Shown here one piece after another: positions 28,923 through 37,679 of a stretch of DNA of 64,000 bases. The notes beneath the pieces were generated by a model, which made no database searches, was not told where the DNA came from, and saw only the letters and a list, made by a program, of their open reading frames with translations. The first letter of the stretch is position 1; every line of letters begins with the position of its first letter. The DNA is taken from assembly GCA_020629635.1 (NCBI GenBank), contig JAHDCX010000002.1:25591-89590 (forward strand). The letters run 5' to 3'. This stretch comes from Acidimicrobiales bacterium. Lineage in GTDB: Bacteria > Actinomycetota > Acidimicrobiia > Acidimicrobiales > SHLQ01. The translations under genes were made by a program, and so were the position numbers.

Positions 28923-30607
28923 GTTCGGAGCACACCGACGAAGCCGCCGGTTCGGTCGACTTCATCCGCGAGAAGATCAACGCCGACAATGCGACCGGCA
29001 AGTTCGGGGGCCGCGTCCAGACGCGGTTTCCGCCCGAGCCCAACGGCTACCTCCACATCGGGCACGCGAAGTCGATCTGTCTGAACTTCGGGATCGCCGC
29101 CGACTACGACGGGGTCTGCAAGCTCCGGTTCGACGACACCAACCCCGAGGCCGAAGACCAGGACTTCGTCGACGGCATCATCGAGGACGTCGCCTGGCTC
29201 GGGTTCGCTCCCGACGAAGTCGTCTATGCCTCGGACTACTTCGACCAGCTCTATGCGTGGGCCGAGTCGTTGATCGAACGCGGTCTCGCCTACGTCGACG
29301 ATCAGGACGCAGAAACGATCTCTGCCAACCGAGGCGGCTTCACCACACCCGGCGTCGACTCACCCTGGCGAGACCGGACGCCCGAAGAGAACCTTGCGTT
29401 GTTCCGTGGAATGCGTGACGGCGAATTCGCTGACGGCGAAAAGGTGTTGCGCGCCAAGATCGACATGAACCACGAGAACATGCAGATGCGTGATCCCGTG
29501 CTCTACCGGATCCGGCGAGCGCACCACCACCGCACCGGCGATCAGTGGATCATCTACCCGACCTACGACTGGGCGCACGGTCAGTCGGACGCAATCGAAG
29601 CGGTCACCCATTCGATCTGCACGCTCGAATTCGACACCCACCGCCCGCTGTATGACTGGTGTCTCGAACATCTCGATCTCCCCCACGAGACCCCCGAGCA
29701 GACCGAGTTCGCCCGGCTCAACCTCACCCATACGGTCACGTCAAAGCGCAAGCTCAAGCAGTTGGTCGACGACGGGGTGATGTCGGGGTGGGACGACGCA
29801 CTCATGCCGACCCTTCGGGGCGTTCGCCGACGCGGCTATCCGGCCGCAGCGATCCGGGCATTCATGGACCACATCGGGGTCGCCAAGACCAACTCGACGC
29901 ACGACATCGAGCTGCTGGAGTCGTTCATCCGGACCGAGCTCAACGCGACGGCGCTTCGCCGGATGGCGGTGCTTCGGCCGCTCAAGCTGATCATCACGAA
30001 CTGGCCCGATGGCGAGGTCGACCTCCGCGAGGCGATCAACAACCCCGAGGACGACTCGGCGGGCGTGCGCCAGGTGCCCTTCGGTGGTGCGCTCTGGATC
30101 GAAGAGGACGACTTCCGGCTCGACCCGCCGCCCAAGTACTACCGGCTGACGCCGGGCCGTGAGGTCCGACTGCGCGCTGGGTACTTCGTCACGGCAACCG
30201 ACGCGGCGACCGACGCCGACGGCAACGTCACCGAGGTGTACTGCACCTACGATCCGGCGACGGCCGGCGGGCAGGCGCCGGACGGCCGCAAGGTGAAGTC
30301 GACGATCCATTGGGTGTCGGCCGCGCATGCGATCGACGCGACGGTCAACCTGTACAACCGGCTCTTCACCGACCCGCACCCGGGTTCTGGGGGGTCAGAC
30401 CCCTTCGACAGCCTGAATCCCGAGGCCCGTGAGGCGGTTGCGGCCAAGCTCGAGCCGGCACTCGGCGACGTGGCTCCCGGCCAGGTCGTCCAGTTCGAAC
30501 GCCTCGGCTATTTCGCCGCGGACCTCGACGACGCACGGGTGTTCCATCGCACGGTCGGCCTGCGCGACGAATGGGCCAACATCCAGAAACGCCGCCAAAA
30601 CTCCTAA
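28919..30607 (+). CDS. glnS: Glutaminyl-tRNA synthetase
   Basis: TRFPPEPNGYLHIGHAKSICLNFGIA...CKLRFDDTNPEAED is near-identical in pattern to E. coli GlnRS. VTSKRKL (KMSKS-like) and C-terminal anticodon-binding barrels. Confidence 0.95.
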   Translation: MSSEHTDEAAGSVDFIREKINADNATGKFGGRVQTRFPPEPNGYLHIGHAKSICLNFGIAADYDGVCKLRFDDTNPEAEDQDFVDGIIEDVAWLGFAPDEVVYASDYFDQLYAWAESLIERGLAYVDDQDAETISANRGGFTTPGVDSPWRDRTPEENLALFRGMRDGEFADGEKVLRAKIDMNHENMQMRDPVLYRIRRAHHHRTGDQWIIYPTYDWAHGQSDAIEAVTHSICTLEFDTHRPLYDWCLEHLDLPHETPEQTEFARLNLTHTVTSKRKLKQLVDDGVMSGWDDALMPTLRGVRRRGYPAAAIRAFMDHIGVAKTNSTHDIELLESFIRTELNATALRRMAVLRPLKLIITNWPDGEVDLREAINNPEDDSAGVRQVPFGGALWIEEDDFRLDPPPKYYRLTPGREVRLRAGYFVTATDAATDADGNVTEVYCTYDPATAGGQAPDGRKVKSTIHWVSAAHAIDATVNLYNRLFTDPHPGSGGSDPFDSLNPEAREAVAAKLEPALGDVAPGQVVQFERLGYFAADLDDARVFHRTVGLRDEWANIQKRRQNS

Positions 30608-30640
30608 CGGTCACTTCGGGGTCAGACACCAACGTGACCG
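30608..30640. repeat. 33-nt nested palindromic element, copy A
   Basis: cggtcac-ttc-ggggtc-a-gacacc-aac-gtgaccg, immediately after the glnS stop and between convergent genes. It extends into gtgaccgggggcagtggcttag (30634-30655). Confidence 0.85.
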
Positions 30641-30651
30641 GGGGCAGTGGC

Positions 30652-31455
30652 TTAGCGCCTCTGCGGGTGACGAATGGAGATCGCAGAGGCAGCGAATGCC
30701 GCGAGCGCGACCGCAATGGCGGCGTATGCGGCAGTACTCATGCTTTCGTCGGAATCGATGCCAGCCATCAGTGCACCGGGCAGGAGCTCCAGCGCGAACC
30801 ATGCACCTGCACCGATGAGTGGTCGAGGATCGAGACGAACGAGGGTCAGGCCGAGAGCGAGCAACCCGCATTGCAGCACGAATCCACCCAGAAACCCATC
30901 GCCGAGATCGGCGAGCGGCCCGAAGGACAGCGCCAGGATGACGATGGCGACCATGGTTGGTGATCCGGCGGGGCGTCCGTCACCCCATCGGCGGCTCAAC
31001 CCGCCAAGGCCGGCGAGCAACGAAACCGGGGCGGCCAAGAACGGAATGGCGAAGAAGCCAACCGAGAGCGCTGCCCCGAGCTGGAGTAGAGCGACCCCAG
31101 CGATCGACCTCGAAGACGTTGATCGAATCAGGAGAATGACTGAAAGGGCTGAAAGGAGAGGCTCGAGGGCGTACCGTCCGCCCCAATCCCAAGACCCGTA
31201 GCTCCACACATAGGTCGTGTGGGTCGTGAGCATCAGTAGCAGTCCGAGCATGGCGCCCTGAATCCACGTGCGCTGAACCGTGTCACCTGATTCGATTCGG
31301 GTGCGGGTGCGAAGTCCAACGTTGAACAGGCTGAGAGATTGCCTTGCGGACCAGCGATTGTCGGTGAGGGCGTTGGCCGTGTCGACGAGTTCGGCGCCGT
31401 GCTCTTGGCGATACTCGGCAGGGAACGCACGCATGACGAGGCGGTAGCTGCTCAT
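30652..31455 (-). CDS. PadR-associated polytopic membrane protein, paralog 1
   Basis: N-terminus MSSYRLVMRAFPAEYRQEHGAELVD (permease-prefix type) followed by about 6 TM. ATGA overlap with paralog 2. Confidence 0.7.
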   Translation of the reverse strand: MSSYRLVMRAFPAEYRQEHGAELVDTANALTDNRWSARQSLSLFNVGLRTRTRIESGDTVQRTWIQGAMLGLLLMLTTHTTYVWSYGSWDWGGRYALEPLLSALSVILLIRSTSSRSIAGVALLQLGAALSVGFFAIPFLAAPVSLLAGLGGLSRRWGDGRPAGSPTMVAIVILALSFGPLADLGDGFLGGFVLQCGLLALGLTLVRLDPRPLIGAGAWFALELLPGALMAGIDSDESMSTAAYAAIAVALAAFAASAISIRHPQRR

Positions 31456-31456
31456 G
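31349..31456. repeat. 5'-end repeat of paralog 1 (108 nt, 104/108 identical to 32203-32310)
   Basis: The last 67 nt (31390-31456) are identical to 32244-32310. Confidence 0.85.
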
Positions 31457-32309
31457 TTGTCGAAAGGTCGCGGCCGAGCCGGGTGATGCGTTTCAGCGAG
31501 CGATGTGCGAAGACGAGTAGGAGAATGCCGAAGGTTACGAGTCCGGTCGAGATCGCAATTCCAGCAAAGTTGGTGTTCGTGATGGCGGTCGCCAGCGATG
31601 GCCCTCCGACCGATACGACGAACCAGTAACCACTAGCGACGAGCGGGCGAGGATCCCACGGGCTGACCAGAATGCCGATCGAGGTGGTCGCCACCAGACC
31701 GATGCCCGTGATGGCGAACGGAATCTGGATCACTACAGCAAGCATGAGAATGAGACTGACACCAACCACGAGTACGCCCGTCGAAACGACCCGTGCACCG
31801 GTCCCATGTCGATTGAGGAAGAAGAGCAAGATCGAATAGCCCGCAAGGATGAAGAGCAGCGACGCCAGGGTCGTCGAACCAACGCTTGCCACGTGAGGCC
31901 CGAGTTCGAGGGCGGCTATGAGCGCGACGGCATGCCGGCTTGTGGTCCTGGAGAGAACAACGCAGGCGACTACCGCAGCAGCGAGATGCCAAGACAAAAT
32001 GCTGGACGTCTCGATCATCTCGATATCGCCCCGAGCAGCGTGCCCCGACAGCCACATCGTCAGGTCAACTGCCCGTGTGCTGGACATCAGCAAGATGGCG
32101 ATGAGTAGGCCCTCGCTCCACACGCGACGAGGGTCCGAACCGATCGCTGATCGACTTCTCGTCTGGATGCCGAGTGTCAACAGGCCGAGTGATTGACGAA
32201 CCGACCAGCGATTGTCGGTGAGAGAGTTCGCCGTGTCGACGATTTCGGCGCCGTGCTCTTGGCGATACTCGGCAGGGAACGCACGCATGACGAGGCGGTA
32301 GCTGCTCAT
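31452..32309 (-). CDS. PadR-associated polytopic membrane protein, paralog 2
   Basis: Same N-terminal 50 aa as paralog 1 with a divergent TM body. ATGA overlap with the PadR stop. Confidence 0.7.
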   Translation of the reverse strand: MSSYRLVMRAFPAEYRQEHGAEIVDTANSLTDNRWSVRQSLGLLTLGIQTRSRSAIGSDPRRVWSEGLLIAILLMSSTRAVDLTMWLSGHAARGDIEMIETSSILSWHLAAAVVACVVLSRTTSRHAVALIAALELGPHVASVGSTTLASLLFILAGYSILLFFLNRHGTGARVVSTGVLVVGVSLILMLAVVIQIPFAITGIGLVATTSIGILVSPWDPRPLVASGYWFVVSVGGPSLATAITNTNFAGIAISTGLVTFGILLLVFAHRSLKRITRLGRDLSTT

Positions 32310-32310
32310 G
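32203..32310. repeat. 5'-end repeat of paralog 2
   Basis: See 31349-31456. Spacing of 854 bp equals one gene length, as expected for a tandem duplication. Confidence 0.85.
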
Positions 32311-32641
32311 ACGTTGCTCCTGTGCTTCCAAGATTGGGCAGTCGACCGATGACTCGTTCGCTCGCCTCGACTACAGATCGCATGCGCTGGGCTTCGAGGC
32401 CGGTCTCGTGTCGCCCATATTCGGTGATGCGGTAGTACCGGCGGCGCCGGCCATTCACGGTCTCCTCCCGGTCGACCTCGAGCAGTCCGTCGTCGACAAG
32501 GCGGTCCAATGCGCCATAGAGCGTTCCGGCTGTGAGTCGTACGCGTCCCGAGGAGAGCAGATCGGCCTTCTTGATGATTCCGTATCCGTGCAGCGGCTCC
32601 GCGTGCAGGGCGAGCAGGATGAAGTACGTCGGCTCTCGCAT
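32306..32641 (-). CDS. PadR-family transcriptional regulator
   Basis: MREPTYFILLALHAEPLHGYGIIK...TAGTLYGALDRLVDDGLL...RRRYYRITEYG. An alternative GTG start lies at 32665. Confidence 0.85.
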   Translation of the reverse strand: MREPTYFILLALHAEPLHGYGIIKKADLLSSGRVRLTAGTLYGALDRLVDDGLLEVDREETVNGRRRRYYRITEYGRHETGLEAQRMRSVVEASERVIGRLPNLGSTGATS

Positions 32642-32645
32642 ACCA

Positions 32646-32674
32646 CCGATGATACATCGGGTCACGATATATCG
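32646..32674. promoter_or_regulatory. AT-richer palindromes upstream of the PadR gene (candidate operator/promoter)
   Basis: ccgatg-ata-catcgg (32646-32660) and cgatatatcg (32665-32674), in the PadR/photolyase-like divergent region. Confidence 0.3.
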
Positions 32675-32700
32675 GTAGTCGCGCCGTCCATGTCGAACGC

Positions 32701-32722
32701 GTGACCGGAGGCTGTGGCTTAG
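32701..32722. repeat. Partial third copy of the extension of element A
   Basis: gtgaccggaggctgtggcttag versus gtgaccgggggcagtggcttag at 30634-30655 (20 of 22 identical). Confidence 0.7.
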
Positions 32723-34023
32723 GTCTCAACCAGCCGCTGTCAGGTCCGCTGTGGAACGGGACGTCGTCGTACGGTTCTGATGTGTCAGCTCTGCCGCTTC
32801 CCGAACCGGGCGTCGACGCCGCCGTCGAATGGGTCGGACGCCACCTCGACGACCTCTGTTCGGACGCGCCGCGGGCCTCGACGAGATTCCGGGGCGGTCA
32901 GACGGCCGCTGATGCGGCGCTCGCGTCATTCGATGTTGGGGGCTACGCCGGTCGCCGAAACGAGGTGCTTCCCGTTGCGCGCCGCGGAGCGTCCGGCTTG
33001 TCACCGTGGATCCGTCACGGTCTCCTCACACTGCCCGACGTGTGGGCGCATGTGGCGGGAGGACCGTCTCGAGATGTCGCCAAGTTTCGCGACGAGCTGC
33101 TCTGGCAGGAGTACGCCCGTCACGTGTACGCCCGAGTCGGGCGCCGATCGTCCGTCGGGCTCCGCCACGAACACGCCGGAAACCCACGACCGGCGACCCG
33201 CGCCCACGACCTTTCCGCAGAACCCGCGATGCGCTGCGTCGCCGCCGTTGCAGACGAGCTGGAGGCCGACGGATGGCTCGTCAATCAGACGCGAATGTGG
33301 ATGGCCAGCCACTGGACGGTCCGCAACGGCTGGCGCTGGCAGGACGGCGAGGACCTGTTCTTCCGGCATCTGCTCGACGGCAGCCGCGCGGCCAACCGAC
33401 TGGGCTGGCAGTGGACGACGGGAGTCGGATCGTCCAAGCCCTACGGGTTCAGTCGATGGCAGGTCGAGAAGCGGGCCCCGCAACTCTGCCGCGACTGCGA
33501 GCTGGCCGCCCGTTGCCCGATCGAAGGGTGGCCCGACGACCCAACCACGACTCCGGCCGAGGTTCCCGTCGACCTGGGCCGGGCGACGGCAGCACCCGCA
33601 ATGGCGGGTCCGGCGGCGGTCGAACGAACGGGTGGCGACCCTGACGCCGTCTGGCTGACCGCCGAATCGCTCGGCGATGCCGACCCAGCCCTCGCCGCCC
33701 ATCCCGAGGCGGACGTGCACTTCGTGTTCGACGAACCGCTGCTCGCCAGGTTGCAGCTTTCGTCAAAGCGGTTGATCTTCCTCACCGAAACCCTGGCCGA
33801 ACTCGGGACCCACCGAACGGTGAATCTGCACCGCGGTCGGCCGGCCGATCTGCTGTCGGGGGTCGCTCTGGCGGTGACCCACGCTCCCGTACCCGGGTTC
33901 GCCACACGTGCACGCCGTCTGAACGTCGTCGAGGCCCATCCGTGGCCATGGCTCGCTCGACCGTCGGGTGGGAGCGTCAGGAGCTTCTCGGCGTGGCGAA
34001 AGGGCCTACGATTGGCGCCATGA
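32701..34023 (+). CDS. Cryptochrome/photolyase-family protein with apparent permuted domain order
   Basis: FAD-binding-domain motifs lie near the N-terminus (GLSPWIRHGLL, FRDELLWQEYARH, NQTRMWMASHW, LLDGSRAANRLGWQWTTG). Cys set MRC...CRDC...RCP. The C-terminal 130 aa resemble the alpha/beta photolyase domain. Start uncertain. Confidence 0.75.
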   Translation: MTGGCGLGLNQPLSGPLWNGTSSYGSDVSALPLPEPGVDAAVEWVGRHLDDLCSDAPRASTRFRGGQTAADAALASFDVGGYAGRRNEVLPVARRGASGLSPWIRHGLLTLPDVWAHVAGGPSRDVAKFRDELLWQEYARHVYARVGRRSSVGLRHEHAGNPRPATRAHDLSAEPAMRCVAAVADELEADGWLVNQTRMWMASHWTVRNGWRWQDGEDLFFRHLLDGSRAANRLGWQWTTGVGSSKPYGFSRWQVEKRAPQLCRDCELAARCPIEGWPDDPTTTPAEVPVDLGRATAAPAMAGPAAVERTGGDPDAVWLTAESLGDADPALAAHPEADVHFVFDEPLLARLQLSSKRLIFLTETLAELGTHRTVNLHRGRPADLLSGVALAVTHAPVPGFATRARRLNVVEAHPWPWLARPSGGSVRSFSAWRKGLRLAP

Positions 34024-34511
34024 GCGCCGCCATCGATCCGAAGTTCTTCCGCCAGGTCATGGGGCAGGTCCCCACCTGCGTCACCGTCGTGACCGCGATG
34101 GTCGACGAGCAGCCCCAAGCGATGGTCATTGGGAGTTTCGTGTCCGTGTCGCTCGACCCGCCGCTCGCCGGGTTTTTCTGCACGACGACGTCGTCGACAT
34201 GGCAGGAGCTGCGCAAGGCCGACGTGCTCGGTGTCAACGTGCTCGGTGCGGATCAGATCGACGTCTCGAACGCCTGCATGCGTGCCCCTGACGAACGGCT
34301 CGACGGACTCGATTGGGAGATGGACGGTGGAGCCCCGCGGCTCGCTGGCACGACGGCATGGATTCGATTGACGCCCAATCAGGTGATCGACGCCGGAGAC
34401 CACGAGTTCGCCCTGTGCAACGTGGTGGAGATGTCGGTGCCCGACGAGCCGAACGAGCCCGTCATCTTCTACGGCGGCGCCTACCGGTCGCTCGCCGCGA
34501 TCGAAGACTGA
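34020..34511 (+). CDS. Flavin reductase (FMN-binding split-barrel)
   Basis: FRQVMGQVPTCVTVVTA...MVIGSFVSVSLDPPL...VIFYGGAY. ATGA overlap with the upstream gene. Confidence 0.85.
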   Translation: MSAAIDPKFFRQVMGQVPTCVTVVTAMVDEQPQAMVIGSFVSVSLDPPLAGFFCTTTSSTWQELRKADVLGVNVLGADQIDVSNACMRAPDERLDGLDWEMDGGAPRLAGTTAWIRLTPNQVIDAGDHEFALCNVVEMSVPDEPNEPVIFYGGAYRSLAAIED

Positions 34512-34524
34512 ACGGGCCGGGTCG

Positions 34525-35553
34525 ATGCGGGTCTTCGCCAGCGACGCGCACCGTGCCCACTTCCCGGCGGGCGAGATCTACAACGGCGAACTGGTCCGAC
34601 CATTCGAATGCCCGGAGCGTTGGGATCACATCGATGACGCCCTGACGGCGGCCGGAATGACCGAGCGCCACGACGCTGCCGCGGTCGGCGTTGATCGGCT
34701 GGCCGCCGTGCACGACCCGGCCTTCGTCGACTTCCTCACCCACGCATGGGACGAGTGGACTGCACAGGGCCACGACGGCGACATGATCCCGACGTGCTTC
34801 CCGGCTCGCCGCATGAATCAGCGCATCCCCGCCGACATCGACGGGCGCCTCGGCTACTTTGCCTTTGCCGCAGAGACGTCGATCATGTCGGGCACCTGGT
34901 CTGCCGCACTCGCGGCCGCGTCGCTTGCGAACGAGGCGGCGGTCCGCACGATCGCCGACGGCGAACCGTCGTTTGCCTTGTGCCGGCCGCCGGGACATCA
35001 CGCCTCGATCGACTTCTTCGGCGGCTATTGCTACCTGAACAATGCGGCGATCGCGGCGGAGACCATGCTGGCCGAAGGTGCCGAACGGGTCGCGGTGATC
35101 GACGTCGACTTCCATCACGGCAACGGGACCCAGGACATCTTCTGGACGCGTCAGGACGTGTTCTTCGGGTCGGTCCACGGGGATCCGGCGCACGAGTTCC
35201 CGCACTTCAGCGGGTACGCCGACGAAGCCGGCGGCGGCGACGGCGAAGGGGCGACGGTCAACCGGCCTCTTGCTCCGGGCACCGACGCCTCGACGTGGTT
35301 CGCGGCGCTCGACGACCTCATCGATCACGCCGTCGGCCATGGAGTCGACGCACTCGTCGTGTCGTTGGGCGTCGACACCTACGAAAACGACCCCATCTCG
35401 AGCTTCCGTCTCGCCAGCGCCGACTTTGCCGGGATTGGGGAGCGGCTGGCCGGTCTTGACGTACCGACGGTCTATTGCATGGAAGGCGGCTACGCGGTCG
35501 CCGAGATCGGCACCAACGTCGTGAACGTGCTCCGCGGTCACGTTGGGGTCTGA
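34525..35553 (+). CDS. Histone-deacetylase-family amidohydrolase (acetylpolyamine/acetoin-utilisation type)
   Basis: CRPPGHHA, GGYCYLNNAAIAA, VIDVDFHHGNGTQDIF, MEGGY. Confidence 0.9.
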   Translation: MRVFASDAHRAHFPAGEIYNGELVRPFECPERWDHIDDALTAAGMTERHDAAAVGVDRLAAVHDPAFVDFLTHAWDEWTAQGHDGDMIPTCFPARRMNQRIPADIDGRLGYFAFAAETSIMSGTWSAALAAASLANEAAVRTIADGEPSFALCRPPGHHASIDFFGGYCYLNNAAIAAETMLAEGAERVAVIDVDFHHGNGTQDIFWTRQDVFFGSVHGDPAHEFPHFSGYADEAGGGDGEGATVNRPLAPGTDASTWFAALDDLIDHAVGHGVDALVVSLGVDTYENDPISSFRLASADFAGIGERLAGLDVPTVYCMEGGYAVAEIGTNVVNVLRGHVGV

Positions 35554-35567
35554 CCCCGAAGTGACCG
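35535..35567. repeat. 33-nt nested palindromic element, copy B
   Basis: cggtcac-gtt-ggggtc-t-gacccc-gaa-gtgaccg. Its reverse complement matches copy A at 32 of 33 nt. It covers the last five codons and stop of the deacetylase gene and ends 2 nt before the convergent stop. Confidence 0.85.
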
Positions 35568-35568
35568 G

Positions 35569-36879
35569 TCAGCGGCGGAGATGGATGGCGTTGGCGTGGG
35601 CGGGGAAGCCTTCGTGGTTTGCCAGGGCGATCGTGGAGTCGGCGACGGCGGCGAGCGCGTCGGCGGTGAGGTGACCGATCGCCGCGGCCTTGAGGAACTG
35701 CTCCACGGTGATGCCCCCGGAGCGGTTGGCGTGCCCGCCGGTCGGGAGGGCCGCCGGGCCGCCGAGGGTGAAATTGCCGGCGGAGAACGGGGTGTGCTGG
35801 CCGAGCAGAAGTTCCCCGGCATGCTCGATCCCGTCGGCGGCGGCCCAGGGGTCAGCGACCGCAAGTTGGCAGTGCTCCGACGCAAACCAGTTGGCAACCT
35901 CGATCGCGGCGTCGAGATCGTCGGTCAGGACCACGCCACCGTTCGTGCCGAGCGCAGCGGTCGCCGCGTCTCGCCGCTCGATGGGGAGTTCTGCCGCCTG
36001 ACGGTCGAGCTCGGCATCGACAGCCTCGACGACGTCGGCCGCTGCGGTCACGAGCACGACCGTCGAGTCCGTCCCGTGTTCGGCTTCGTTGAGAAGGTCC
36101 GCGGCGAGCAGCGTGATGTTGGCGGAGTCATCGGCGACCACCAGTGATTCGGTCGGGCCCAGGACGACCGAGTCCACTCCATGGGTTCGGACCTCGAGCT
36201 GGGCGAGCGAGACCGCCGGGCTTCCGGGGCCGACGACCATGCCGTGCGCCGGGATCGACTCGGTACCGAATGCGGCGGCCGCCACCCCCGCCGGTCCGTT
36301 CACCCGAAAGACGTCGGTGAGCCCGAGCTCGTGGGCAACCGTCAGCACCGCCCCGTCGATCTCGCCCGCCCCTCCGGGGGCAGGAGGCACGATCACGCTC
36401 AGCTGGGGTACTCCCGCCACGGACGCCGGCGTCGCGATCTGGGCGAGCACCGACGGGTAACTGGCCTTGCCGCTCGGGCAGAACAGCGCAGCCGACGCGA
36501 CCGGCCCGACCTTCTCGCCGATGGTGTGGCCGGGTGCGATCTCGGCGGTCCACGATGCGCGGCGTTCGAGCAGCGCCTCGTTGAAGGCGCGGATGTTGGC
36601 GATCATGTGGCGAATGGCGGCGTGTACGTCCGAGTCGATCGTGGCCAACGCCTCGGCGAACTCTTCGTCGGAGACTCGGAGACCGCCGGGCTCGACCGTC
36701 ACCCCGTCGAATCGCGCCAGCGCCTCGCACACGGCAACGTCGCCTCGCGCTCGGACGTCGTCCACGAGTGAACGAATGTCGTCACGCAGTGAGGCTGTCA
36801 CCTCAGTCGCCGCCCCGCGACCGTGCAACCAGGCCCGGTCAGCGTCGGTCATTTCGTTCCACACCATCCTGCGAAGCAT
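35569..36879 (-). CDS. Histidinol-dehydrogenase-family oxidoreductase
   Basis: ALFCPSGKASYPS, VNGPAGVAAAAFGT, LLNEAEHGTDS, GHANRSGGITVEQF. Start at 36879, 36867 or 36852. Confidence 0.85.
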   Translation of the reverse strand: MLRRMVWNEMTDADRAWLHGRGAATEVTASLRDDIRSLVDDVRARGDVAVCEALARFDGVTVEPGGLRVSDEEFAEALATIDSDVHAAIRHMIANIRAFNEALLERRASWTAEIAPGHTIGEKVGPVASAALFCPSGKASYPSVLAQIATPASVAGVPQLSVIVPPAPGGAGEIDGAVLTVAHELGLTDVFRVNGPAGVAAAAFGTESIPAHGMVVGPGSPAVSLAQLEVRTHGVDSVVLGPTESLVVADDSANITLLAADLLNEAEHGTDSTVVLVTAAADVVEAVDAELDRQAAELPIERRDAATAALGTNGGVVLTDDLDAAIEVANWFASEHCQLAVADPWAAADGIEHAGELLLGQHTPFSAGNFTLGGPAALPTGGHANRSGGITVEQFLKAAAIGHLTADALAAVADSTIALANHEGFPAHANAIHLRR

Positions 36880-36883
36880 GGGT

Positions 36884-37675
36884 TCAGTATGGGAGGTTCG
36901 CCCCCGCGTTCGGTCGCCCGCGACCCGCAAACGAATCCATCCAGTCGTCGATGTCGCGCCACACCGGCGTCCGCGGGTCGATGATCGTGAAGTGATCGGC
37001 GTCGGCCGGATTGAGGTGAACGGCCTCGTCGTGCGCGGCGATGGCGGCAGCCACGTATTTGGCCGACATGTCCACGGGGACGTCGTCGTCGCCGCTGGCG
37101 TGGACGATGAGTTGCGGAACGGCGAGTGGGAGGAGTCGGATGGGTGAGGCGTCTGCGTAGATGTCCGGGATTTCGTCGGCCCGTCCGCCGAGGAGTACCG
37201 CCGCCGCCGACGACGACAAGGCCTCACGGTCTGCGGATTCGAGGTCGGAGACTGGCGCGAGCGCAACGACACCGTCGATCGGGCTGTGCTGTTGGCCCGC
37301 CGCCCACAACGCGAGGTGTCCGCCTGCCGAATGACCCACGGCGATCACCGTCCGGTTCCGGTCAGTCGAGAGTCCAGCCGCCCAGGCCACCGCCGCGGAG
37401 ACGTCGGCGCGCATCTGCGGCCAGACCGACGCCGTGTCGTCCGACTCGATTCGCCGGTACTCCACGTTCACCACCTCCCACCCTCGGTTGACGAGGTGAT
37501 GGCAGATGGCGGTGTTGATGTCGAGTCCATATCGTGCTCGCCAATACCCGCCGTGAAACGAGATCGCCGTGCCGATCGGTTGGGCGACGTCGGGTCGGTA
37601 GTGATCGACAAACTGCTCGGGGTCCGGGCCGTAGGGGGTGCGTTCCGGGAGGATGGGAGCGTCGCGCCGGCTCAT
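36884..37675 (-). CDS. Alpha/beta hydrolase, kynurenine/aryl-formamidase-like
   Basis: FHGGYW oxyanion motif and nucleophile elbow VGHSAGGHLALWAA. Confidence 0.75.
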   Translation of the reverse strand: MSRRDAPILPERTPYGPDPEQFVDHYRPDVAQPIGTAISFHGGYWRARYGLDINTAICHHLVNRGWEVVNVEYRRIESDDTASVWPQMRADVSAAVAWAAGLSTDRNRTVIAVGHSAGGHLALWAAGQQHSPIDGVVALAPVSDLESADREALSSSAAAVLLGGRADEIPDIYADASPIRLLPLAVPQLIVHASGDDDVPVDMSAKYVAAAIAAHDEAVHLNPADADHFTIIDPRTPVWRDIDDWMDSFAGRGRPNAGANLPY

Positions 37676-37679
37676 TCGC

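Noticed and set aside
30608-35567. Interpreting the inverted-repeat-bounded block as a transposon, invertible switch or integron cassette.
   Set aside because: I see no transposase, invertase or integrase, and no target-site duplication. The elements are themselves palindromic hairpins at convergent gene ends, so a REP or terminator role is at least as likely. Kept as a finding, not called a mobile element.
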